Shown here: positions 57,503-64,000 of the stretch, piece by piece
How the letters are laid out: the number at the start of each line of letters is the position of its first letter
Position numbering within the stretch: position 1 is the stretch's first letter
Assembly (NCBI GenBank): GCA_964486055.1
Contig: CAZALE010000002.1
Location: forward strand, 289,048 to 353,047
DNA length: 64,000 bases
Source of the DNA: an uncultured Blastocatellaceae bacterium
GTDB taxonomy: Bacteria; Acidobacteriota; Blastocatellia; Pyrinomonadales; Pyrinomonadaceae
Direction of reading: 5' to 3'
Made by a program: the position numbers and the translations under genes
Notes under the pieces: generated by a model
Told to the model about the DNA's origin: nothing
The model's input: the letters and a program-made list of their open reading frames with translations, nothing else
Databases searched by the model: none

Positions 57503-57531
57503 TTGCATGAGTAAATATTTGGTGTTATATT
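57503..57531 (+). promoter_or_regulatory. sigma-70-like promoter candidate for the riboswitch transcript
   Basis: TTGCAT (57503-57508), a 17-nt spacer, then TATATT (57526-57531). Lies about 50 nt upstream of the first conserved aptamer block. Confidence 0.5.
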
Positions 57532-57579
57532 GAAACTAGATTTTTGAATCCGGTCTTTGCTGAGTAAAGACAAGGATAG

Positions 57580-57770
57580 AAAAAATCGCTGAAGTCGCCT
57601 AGGAAAACCAACGACTATTGAGATACTTGAAAGGCGACACGGGGGACCCAAAAGTTTTGCAACCGCTGATTGCAAAACACTGATGGGGCGCAGCGTTACC
57701 TTGTAACGCGGGAAACTTCTTCGTTCCTAGCCCGACAGCTAACCTCGTAAGCATCGAAGAAGGATACGAA
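57580..57770 (+). promoter_or_regulatory. c-di-AMP riboswitch aptamer (ydaO-yuaA class)
   Basis: The conserved blocks, as I recall them from B. subtilis ydaO, appear in the right order: AAUCGCUGAAGUC (57584-57596), CACGGGGGACCCA (57638-57650), GAUGGGGCG (57682-57690), CCCGACAGCUAACCUCGUAAGC (57731-57752). Supporting stems: 57594-57600/57632-57638 (GTCGCCT/AGGCGAC), 57653-57661/57670-57678 (GTTTTGCAA/TTGCAAAAC), 57693-57698/57703-57708 (CGTTAC/GTAACG). Confidence 0.8.
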
Positions 57771-57791
57771 CAAGTTTTCCGTTAAACAGGT

Positions 57792-57817
57792 GCGCGATTC
57801 TTCTTCGCGCCTTTTTT
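57792..57817 (+). terminator. riboswitch expression-platform terminator
   Basis: GCGCGA-ttcttct-TCGCGC followed by C+TTTTTT. CGAAGAAG (57755-57762, the 3' end of the aptamer) is complementary both to CTTCTTCG inside the aptamer (57716-57723) and to CTTCTTCG in the terminator loop/arm (57800-57807). This is a classic mutually exclusive switch. Confidence 0.6.
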
Positions 57818-57842
57818 ATCGGTAACTTATCTTCTCTAAAAG

Positions 57843-57880
57843 AAAAATTCCGCACTTTTTGTTGCGGAATTTTTCTTTTT
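57843..57880. terminator. bidirectional rho-independent terminator (ends the nuclease operon; would also stop plus-strand read-through)
   Basis: AAAAATTCCGCA-ctttttgt-TGCGGAATTTTT: a 12-bp stem with T-runs on both strands, 44 nt past the minus-strand stop at 57918. Confidence 0.75.
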
Positions 57881-57917
57881 CAACCCATAAACTCAAGTTC
57901 TAATATTGAGACTAGGC

Positions 57918-59783
57918 TCAATTTGTTTTTTTATTCAACGGATCTAACGACAAATAAACTACCGGTGGGTCATGATCTGAAATCCTCTCCGGTCGAGTTT
58001 CATCATTGGAATAAATCTTAGGAAAATCAGCGTTTAACCTAGCGTAACCGAACTTCAATGCTCTTTCCTGAGCTGGACCATTCAACAAAATATGATCCAA
58101 TACTTGCGCTGATCCCTCAAAAACATAGGAATACCGGTTTAACGGTTCAAGAAAATTCACTAAATCTATCAGTCCTGTCGGGAAGGATGTCTTCGATGGA
58201 GCCAAAACGTTTTGGCTTGGATTACCGATTAAAATACCTATTAAGTCGTTATATCCATCGCTAAACTGAAAACTGTTGAAATCGCCACCAACTACGATTA
58301 TCTCATTTGGATTAGACTTTTGACGTTCAACTAAATAATTAGCTAACCATTCTGCCTGTCGGCGCCGCTGCTGACGTACATATTCCCCATTTTCTGGATC
58401 ATCAATTCCAAGATACGATTTAAAATGATTAACAATAACAGTAAGTACCGTAGGATTCTTTTCATCCAGAATCTCAACCTTGACTAAAAGTGGCGGACGA
58501 TCATAAAGATAACCCGTCCTATTGCCAAAATTAATCTTCTCGTTTTTAGCTAATTGCTGAACCTCTAGTACTTTTACACGAGATGACTTTATTAAAAATC
58601 CCACGTCGATACCTCGACCGTCATTTCCTTCTTCCAAAATTGCCTCGTATTTCGGATCAGGTTGATTAGCTTTAATCGCGTCACTATTTATCTTCTCCGC
58701 TAGCTTCCTGAGTACTTTTATGTTTTCAACCTCTTCAACTCCTAAGATGTCTGGATAAGACAAGACTTCGCGAATCGCCAATGAGGCCTTGTTCAGCCTG
58801 ACTCGGAAGATCTCTTTAGGAAGTATCGTTTCATCCTGAATATTTTCTGAGTTTTTCTCATCATCAAAAAAATTTTCTAGGTTGAAAAAGCCAATGGTCG
58901 TTTCCCTAGAACCAGCAGGACTTACCTTTATGAACTTTCTTTGTCCCTCTAAAACTGGTGTTTGACTTTTAGTATCAAGCAAAAGAGTATAAGCTCGCCG
59001 CGAATAATCTATAACCCCAATTAAGCTTCTGACTGTCATACCAACTGCGACATCCAGAGGCTTAGATCCTTCTTGAACGTCACTGTCAACTCTCAAGATC
59101 TCTGGATTCATGTCAAAAATTGGGATGTTCTGTGGCAACTTATCAACTAACCAAGTTAAAACACTCACACCTGGCTCACGAAATGGTCTCGGAGTTTTAG
59201 GTAATATTCCATAAAACACCCCATCTGAAACTATCGCGCCACTTTTCTTATCCTCAAATCCACCAGTCGGGCCAATAACTATCAAGCTGTCTACCTTCAC
59301 TCTCATTCCCTCAAATCGCTCAAGTTGATCTATTTTCCCCTGAGGATTTAGGTCATTTAAGGTCAACGTTTGAGGGGTCGGTAGAGGATTATTTCGAGAT
59401 AACACTTTTATTCCCGGGTTTATTATTTCTGTTATCGTGAGAAAATAGCGTTCATTGCGAGGCCGATACTCAGTGACAGTGCCTGTAACCTCAATTAAAT
59501 TACCTACAGCAATCCCTGGAGGTATTACATCGTTAGTAAAAACGTAAATCCCCTCAGAGGTTTTAGGATTATCATCTACCTCATTGTCAGGAACTTGAAC
59601 GTAAAACCCCCTCTGCGATATGAAAGTAACGATTCCTCTGGTAGTAACAGTTCTTCCATCATACGGTGAAATGTTTCCTTCACCCTGGATCTGATGAATC
59701 GGAACTATGCCTCTCTGTGCTATACCCAGCAAATGAATAGTCAGTATGAAAAAACCACCAACAAAAAATCTTGAAATTCTCAT
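57918..59783 (-). CDS. secreted ExeM/NucH-like extracellular nuclease (N-terminal OB-like domain + endonuclease/exonuclease/phosphatase domain)
   Basis: Signal peptide. IHQIQGEGNISPYDGRTVTTRGIVTFISQRGFYVQ (the ExeM/NucH N-terminal signature). EEP blocks FNLENFFD, VVGGDFNS and ISDHDPPVV. Confidence 0.8.
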   Translation of the reverse strand: MRISRFFVGGFFILTIHLLGIAQRGIVPIHQIQGEGNISPYDGRTVTTRGIVTFISQRGFYVQVPDNEVDDNPKTSEGIYVFTNDVIPPGIAVGNLIEVTGTVTEYRPRNERYFLTITEIINPGIKVLSRNNPLPTPQTLTLNDLNPQGKIDQLERFEGMRVKVDSLIVIGPTGGFEDKKSGAIVSDGVFYGILPKTPRPFREPGVSVLTWLVDKLPQNIPIFDMNPEILRVDSDVQEGSKPLDVAVGMTVRSLIGVIDYSRRAYTLLLDTKSQTPVLEGQRKFIKVSPAGSRETTIGFFNLENFFDDEKNSENIQDETILPKEIFRVRLNKASLAIREVLSYPDILGVEEVENIKVLRKLAEKINSDAIKANQPDPKYEAILEEGNDGRGIDVGFLIKSSRVKVLEVQQLAKNEKINFGNRTGYLYDRPPLLVKVEILDEKNPTVLTVIVNHFKSYLGIDDPENGEYVRQQRRRQAEWLANYLVERQKSNPNEIIVVGGDFNSFQFSDGYNDLIGILIGNPSQNVLAPSKTSFPTGLIDLVNFLEPLNRYSYVFEGSAQVLDHILLNGPAQERALKFGYARLNADFPKIYSNDETRPERISDHDPPVVYLSLDPLNKKTN

Positions 59784-61555
59784 TGCGTGTCTTTCCTTCT
59801 TTTTATTATCTCACGGGTATTTTTTGGCACATTAGAGAAGAAGTCATATCCGGTAAGTGTCTCTATGTACTTGACGGTAACCCTGTATTGTCTCCATGGA
59901 GCGTTCTGATTTACCGGAGGCTGATTTGGAACTAGTATGGCAATTGTGCGTGTTCCTTTATTAATGCGCTGCAGATCATTATCACCATTTGGCAACACCA
60001 AGACAACCTTCCATGTGTATTGCGGCACGACGATGCGCCCCTGGGCTATAGTCCCAGCGTTTCCGTAACCACCAGCAAACATGTATAACTCGTAACCTTG
60101 AGTAGCCAATGATCTGCAATAGTTTTCAAAATCTTCCCATGGTCCCTGATTATTAGCTGGCAGTTGTGGAAGAAAATTCGTCATTAAAAACGTGGCTGAG
60201 TTATCCGCAATTGAGCGGGTTCTGTCGCCAGATGGGCACATGTGTCCACGATCATAGCCTGATCCGCTGTAATCTTCAGGCACAACCTGATACCATCCCG
60301 CCGGTAAATCTGGATCCGGACGAAAATCGTCTTGCCGTGGGGCGCTTCCTAGCCAACTCTGATCAAGTCTCCATGCAACCCAATTTGGAGTGGCGCGGCT
60401 TCGATTATAAGAGAGAGTGTATTGAGGTTTTACCATCAGGTAATTGTTTTCGTTTGACACGTCGGCGCTGGCATTGCTGGGATTTCCCAAAAGCAAAGGA
60501 TTGTCACTCGGAGATGCCGCCGATATATTTAGATTTATAGTAAGCGATACAGACCTTCCTTGTGCATCACTAACAGAAACCGGAATGAACCTTTGTCCAC
60601 TTGATGAATTATTGGGCAATGTGTATCTAAATGAAAAAACGTTATCGCCAGCAGTTGTGTCGCCATTTGTTCCATCGTCAAAAAACTGTTGATTCGACGT
60701 TCCGCCTACGGAAGTAAGATCACCAGAAACGTTAATTCCAGTGCTTGGCGGAGAAGTAGCCGGAACAACATTAACATAAAATGTAACCACTCCACCCGGC
60801 GTACTAGTGCTGGGGCTTACGGAACCTCCTGCCTGCAAAACTCCTCCTAAATTACAAGAGTTGAATGGACTTGATGTGTTCCTCGGATTTGGAGCAGCAA
60901 TCGTAAAGTCGGAGGCATTAACATCAGTATCGACACATCCACCTCCATTTCGCAATCCGGCCGTGGTTCCACTCAAATTGTTAGTTCTTTGTCCTTCAAA
61001 ACAGGAAGCAGAACTTCCGTACCCAACAAAATCAACAATAGATGGATCGTTTGGACAGGTAGAGGCAGGCAGCTGCACAGTCGAACTTACCAATGCTAAT
61101 TTGCCAGTTGTGGATGAAAGATTGGGGATAAAGGTGTTCGTGCCGACTGTGACCGGAGGAGCCGTCATATCAGGTGATGGTAAACTAACTCCACCGGCAC
61201 CATTACCCGCATATTGAATAAGATAATACTGTCCCGGCTGTAGAGTTACGTTACTTAATGGAGTGACTAGCCAATTACTTCCAGTAGCTGAAGCATATTG
61301 CACTGACCATCCATTCAAACTAATTGGCTGATTGCCTCTATTGAAAAGTTCAACGAAGTCATTGGCATACTGCGAACTTGATGAAACACCACCACCTCCG
61401 TAAAACTGGCTTATTACGACATTCTGAGATACCAAAACAGCCTTTCGCTCATCATCGACGGCTTTTTCTTGTCTATCTCCAGCAACGTGATAACGGTCCG
61501 TAATTACTAAAAAACTTAAAACACTCAAAAGTACAAAAAGAACAGGTTTTCTCAT
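59780..61555 (-). CDS. secreted DNA/RNA non-specific endonuclease (beta-beta-alpha-Me, DRGH type) with N-terminal lamin-tail domain
   Basis: Signal peptide. LTD-like VISQFYGGGG...NDFVELFNRGNQPISLNGWSVQY...LQPGQYYLIQ. Ser/Thr/Gly-rich Ig-like middle region. Catalytic YDRGHMCPSGDR and downstream NFLPQ..ANN. ATGA overlap with the next gene. Confidence 0.85.
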   Translation of the reverse strand: MRKPVLFVLLSVLSFLVITDRYHVAGDRQEKAVDDERKAVLVSQNVVISQFYGGGGVSSSSQYANDFVELFNRGNQPISLNGWSVQYASATGSNWLVTPLSNVTLQPGQYYLIQYAGNGAGGVSLPSPDMTAPPVTVGTNTFIPNLSSTTGKLALVSSTVQLPASTCPNDPSIVDFVGYGSSASCFEGQRTNNLSGTTAGLRNGGGCVDTDVNASDFTIAAPNPRNTSSPFNSCNLGGVLQAGGSVSPSTSTPGGVVTFYVNVVPATSPPSTGINVSGDLTSVGGTSNQQFFDDGTNGDTTAGDNVFSFRYTLPNNSSSGQRFIPVSVSDAQGRSVSLTINLNISAASPSDNPLLLGNPSNASADVSNENNYLMVKPQYTLSYNRSRATPNWVAWRLDQSWLGSAPRQDDFRPDPDLPAGWYQVVPEDYSGSGYDRGHMCPSGDRTRSIADNSATFLMTNFLPQLPANNQGPWEDFENYCRSLATQGYELYMFAGGYGNAGTIAQGRIVVPQYTWKVVLVLPNGDNDLQRINKGTRTIAILVPNQPPVNQNAPWRQYRVTVKYIETLTGYDFFSNVPKNTREIIKRRKDTQ

Positions 61556-61730
61556 TCGATTTCTTCTCCGATGGATAAAGAATTTTTACCACATTTCCTT
61601 TCAAAATACCAATTTATTTCTCGCGCTTAAGATAAATTTAGCCCACAGTTAACCATTCGGATTTTTAGTCGCAAACCGAGTGTGAAACTTTGTCAATACA
61701 TTAAAATCAAACTTTGGAGCATTTGGTTGT

Positions 61731-62474
61731 ATGAAGAATCTTCTAATTCTAAGTTTTTCGATATTATTGATCTACGTGACCGATGTTATAAGTCAAACGA
61801 AAAAGCCGAAGCCCAGAAATGCACCAGAGACGAGAGTCCGAGTGGACAGGCTTTTCGTGGTTATAGATGAAAGGCTTGCAGTGATTAGAGAAAAGCCAAG
61901 CCTGTACGCCACTCCGATACAAAGAATGAGAAGAGGCAGATTAATAACGTTATCAGGAGACATAAAACAAGATGAACATGGAGTAAGATTCTATAGAGTT
62001 CAACTTTCAAGGCTACAAGGTTGGGTACAAGTAGAGGCATTAGCAAGCATTCAATCGAAAGTTGATGAAAAGCGCCTTGCTAGATTAATTCAAGGATCCT
62101 CAGGCTTTGATAAAATAGAGCGAACTGCTATCTTTTTGAAGCATTATATAAATTCTGATCTGAGACCTGCTGTTTTGCTTTTGTTTGGTGATTTGGTCGA
62201 GGAGGTAGCCGCAAGCCTAAGTAAAGACGCAAATAGAAGACTTGACGAAAAGGAAATGCAAGCCTCCGATGCTCCAATAGAAAGCTTTTATCTAAGCTAC
62301 AGCGGATTAGACAGATATAGACGTCTCGGCATTACCTTTCTCTTTAATAAAAAAACAAAGACATATCATTACGATGGACAAAGCTGGAAAGAACTACTCC
62401 AAAGATTCCCGAATACTAACGAAGCAAAAGAGGCGAAGAAAAGACTAGAAAACCTCCAATCAAAAATGCAATAG
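61731..62474 (+). CDS. hypothetical exported protein
   Basis: Signal sequence (LLILSFSILLIYVTDVISQ). Basic, with a possible SH3b-like segment (GVRFYRVQLSRLQGWVQVEAL). No catalytic motif. Confidence 0.6.
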   Translation: MKNLLILSFSILLIYVTDVISQTKKPKPRNAPETRVRVDRLFVVIDERLAVIREKPSLYATPIQRMRRGRLITLSGDIKQDEHGVRFYRVQLSRLQGWVQVEALASIQSKVDEKRLARLIQGSSGFDKIERTAIFLKHYINSDLRPAVLLLFGDLVEEVAASLSKDANRRLDEKEMQASDAPIESFYLSYSGLDRYRRLGITFLFNKKTKTYHYDGQSWKELLQRFPNTNEAKEAKKRLENLQSKMQ

Positions 62475-62488
62475 ATAATGAGATAAAA

Positions 62489-62520
62489 ATCCATAGCCAC
62501 CAATATCAGTGGCTATGGAT
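62489..62520 (+). terminator. 12-bp hairpin after the exported-protein gene
   Basis: ATCCATAGCCAC-caatatca-GTGGCTATGGAT. Flanked by A-runs and only a weak T tail. Confidence 0.5.
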
Positions 62521-62557
62521 TAAAATCAAAGGCTTTTCTGCTTTTCAGTCTGCGGAT

Positions 62558-62806
62558 TTATTTCTTGCCTTCATACCATCTTTTAACAATCTCTGCTGCG
62601 GTCTCTCGACCACCTAAACCAAAGGCTAAACCAACAGCCAGAGCTAGTGCTCCAACGACTGCCGTGAACAAGGTGTTCACTATGGTCTGAGCTACTCCTA
62701 TCTGGTTAACCGCTATTACGATCGTAAAACCCTATACGGCAACTCGTGTAATAGGCGCAAGAAGCTCCCGATTACCCAGGTGAATAAAAATTTGCTCTCT
62801 TCGTTT
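62558..62806 (-). pseudogene. remnant of a 'conserved TM-helix repeat' (MscS-associated) membrane protein gene: no start codon, internal TAG
   Basis: Hand translation of the minus strand: KRREQIFIHLGNRELLAPITRVAV*GFTIVIAVNQIGVAQTIVNTLFTAVVGALALAVGLAFGLGGRETAAEIVKRWYEGKK*. The in-frame TAG is at 62734-62732, a TAA lies immediately upstream (62809-62807), and there is no Met. The ...LAFGLGGRE.AA... ending resembles the conserved TM-helix repeat family. Confidence 0.3.
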
Positions 62807-62889
62807 TTAAATAATGCTGTTTGATCTACAGGTTTGCTTCAGAGTAAATCAATCAAATTTATAAATGCTTTTGTGCTGATGCTTTAAAA

Positions 62890-64000
62890 CTAAGGATTTG
62901 CTAATATTTGCTCGATTATTAATGGTCGAATGGCTTTCCAGATTCTTGTTCCGGAAGAAGTTCTATCGCGTATCAGCAAAATTGCAGTGTAGTTGTAGTG
63001 TAGATCAACCCAAGGTGTACAACCAAATGCTCCTTGATCAGAGAGCTCCGGACCTGGAGTCTGGGGTTGAGGTTGGCTTTGCAGATATGCAAGCGAAGTA
63101 TGCCACCATCCAAAACTATAACCTGTCAAAGTATCCCCGCCAGGACTATTCACCACCGGAAGATCTCTTTTTTGATCATTTTGCATTTCATAATACATTT
63201 GCTTCGACAAAATACGAGTGCTACCATAAACCCCACCCGCAAGATATGCCTGTATTATCTTACTGTAATCCCCAACATCCGAATAAGCACCGCCAGCGAT
63301 TCTAGGATTCTGTGTGTTTGTATAAGTAAACCTCGTGAGCCCGAGCGGAATAGCGATCTTTCTATTGAAAAATTCATTCCAGGATTGCCCCGTAATCGCT
63401 TCTACTACTCCGCCGGCTACTTGGAAGCTAGCACCACCATACGAAAACCGAGAACCAGGAGTAAACTGTAATGGTGAATTTAATATTCTCTGAACGCACT
63501 CCCTCAAGGTTATACTAGTTTGATCATTCAAACAGTCATTCTGCTGTAATCCAGATGTGTGATTCAGTAACATTCTAACTGTGATAGAGGCTTTATCTGG
63601 GGGAACATTTACGTAACCATTCAAATACTGACTAATAGGGGCGTCGAGATTTAATCTCCCTTCATCCACGAGCGTCAATATGGCAAGCGCACTCGGCATC
63701 TTTGTGGAAGAAGCAATCGGTAAAACAGAATCTACTGTTTGATCACCGAATGCTCTTAGATAAATAGTCCTACCATTACGAGTTATCTGTAATGTTAAGC
63801 CAGATACGAGGCTTGGCACAAAAGACATCAATTTTGCATTTAAAGCAGACCAATCATAGCTCCCTACTGGTCCAGAAACGACGGTTAGATTTTTAATATT
63901 TGATCTGCCACTTCTCTGAATAACTTGTACCTGTAAAATCGAGGGATTTGATAAAAGATCTGAAGTAACAGTGGCCTTGATTCTATTCCAAGATAAAAAA
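62890..64000 (-). CDS. beta-lactamase-fold serine hydrolase (class C/PBP-like), 5' end beyond right edge
   Basis: SxxK motif (IASSTKMP), plus LLNHTSGL and a YSxxG-type block. The reading frame stays open upstream of the track start (TTG 63831) to the window edge (...FLSWNRIKATVTSDLLSNPSILQVQVIQRSGRSNIKNLTVVSGPVGSYDWSALNAKL-MSF...), so the true start is probably outside the window. Confidence 0.7.
   Translation of the reverse strand, partial: FLSWNRIKATVTSDLLSNPSILQVQVIQRSGRSNIKNLTVVSGPVGSYDWSALNAKLMSFVPSLVSGLTLQITRNGRTIYLRAFGDQTVDSVLPIASSTKMPSALAILTLVDEGRLNLDAPISQYLNGYVNVPPDKASITVRMLLNHTSGLQQNDCLNDQTSITLRECVQRILNSPLQFTPGSRFSYGGASFQVAGGVVEAITGQSWNEFFNRKIAIPLGLTRFTYTNTQNPRIAGGAYSDVGDYSKIIQAYLAGGVYGSTRILSKQMYYEMQNDQKRDLPVVNSPGGDTLTGYSFGWWHTSLAYLQSQPQPQTPGPELSDQGAFGCTPWVDLHYNYTAILLIRDRTSSGTRIWKAIRPLIIEQILANP

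Noticed and set aside
57442-57675. 77-aa minus-strand ORF between the DUF420 gene and the nucleases
   Set aside because: It overlaps the promoter and 5' half of the plus-strand c-di-AMP riboswitch, whose conserved blocks explain the sequence better. No SD or motif.
60166-61217. Three long plus-strand ORFs (124, 82, 136 aa) inside the LTD-endonuclease gene
   Set aside because: Antisense to a gene with strong domain evidence (LTD, DRGH). Most likely a by-product of locally higher GC and Gly/Ser/Thr/Pro-rich coding, which depletes stop codons on the opposite strand.
62898-63471. 135-aa and 145-aa plus-strand ORFs
   Set aside because: Antisense to the beta-lactamase-fold hydrolase, whose SxxK frame is open across the whole region. 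No motifs.
1-64000. Search for tRNA, rRNA, CRISPR arrays, IS elements, integrases and prophage genes
   Set aside because: No GTTCGA/T-loop-type tRNA ends appear in intergenic DNA. There are no regularly spaced direct repeats. No ORF has transposase (DDE), tyrosine/serine recombinase or phage structural motifs. The window looks like core chromosome.

Overview
AT-rich (judged by eye, not computed) bacterial chromosomal segment, densely packed with about 55 CDS on both strands, most of them housekeeping. I cannot place the taxon from sequence alone.

Recognisable content:
- Start of pyrE, running off the left edge.
- A DnaQ-like exonuclease.
- A secreted M16 peptidase pair.
- An NPP phosphodiesterase + LOG operon.
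- The heat-shock operon hrcA-grpE-dnaK-dnaJ.
- A SprT/DUF45-like metalloprotease coupled to an alkyltransferase-like (ATL) protein.
- myo-inositol-1-phosphate synthase.
- A stand-alone ClpB-D2-like AAA+ ATPase.
- plsC, an M14 peptidase, cstA, serA, sppA, purD-yhhQ, sdhCAB (b558 type), msrB, gyrA.
- Two ABC exporter half-transporters.
- An ECF-like sigma / anti-sigma pair.
- Orphan OmpR-type and NtrC-type response regulators, and a PilZ protein.
- A 1087-aa STAND-TPR-wHTH-BTAD regulator.
- ctaB, cox subunit III and a DUF420 gene.
- A two-gene secreted nuclease operon.
- A beta-lactamase-fold hydrolase, running off the right edge.

I saw no rRNA, tRNA, CRISPR array, transposase, integrase or phage genes.

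The most unusual item is a well-supported c-di-AMP (ydaO-class) riboswitch at about 57.58-57.77 kb. It has its own promoter-like element and a terminator/antiterminator platform, but no ORF downstream. It points head-on into the 3' end of the secreted nuclease operon.

Other items worth a second look:
- Two ABC half-transporters with reciprocally degenerate ATP sites, 8.5 kb apart.
- The ATGA-coupled SprT-like/ATL pair.
- The NBD2-only Clp ATPase with a long leader.
- An orphan 456-aa protein with a NucS-like PD-(D/E)xK C-terminus.
- A 640-bp structured non-coding region after sdhB.

All functional calls rest on motif recognition in the supplied translations and on my own reading of the DNA. 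No database search was run.
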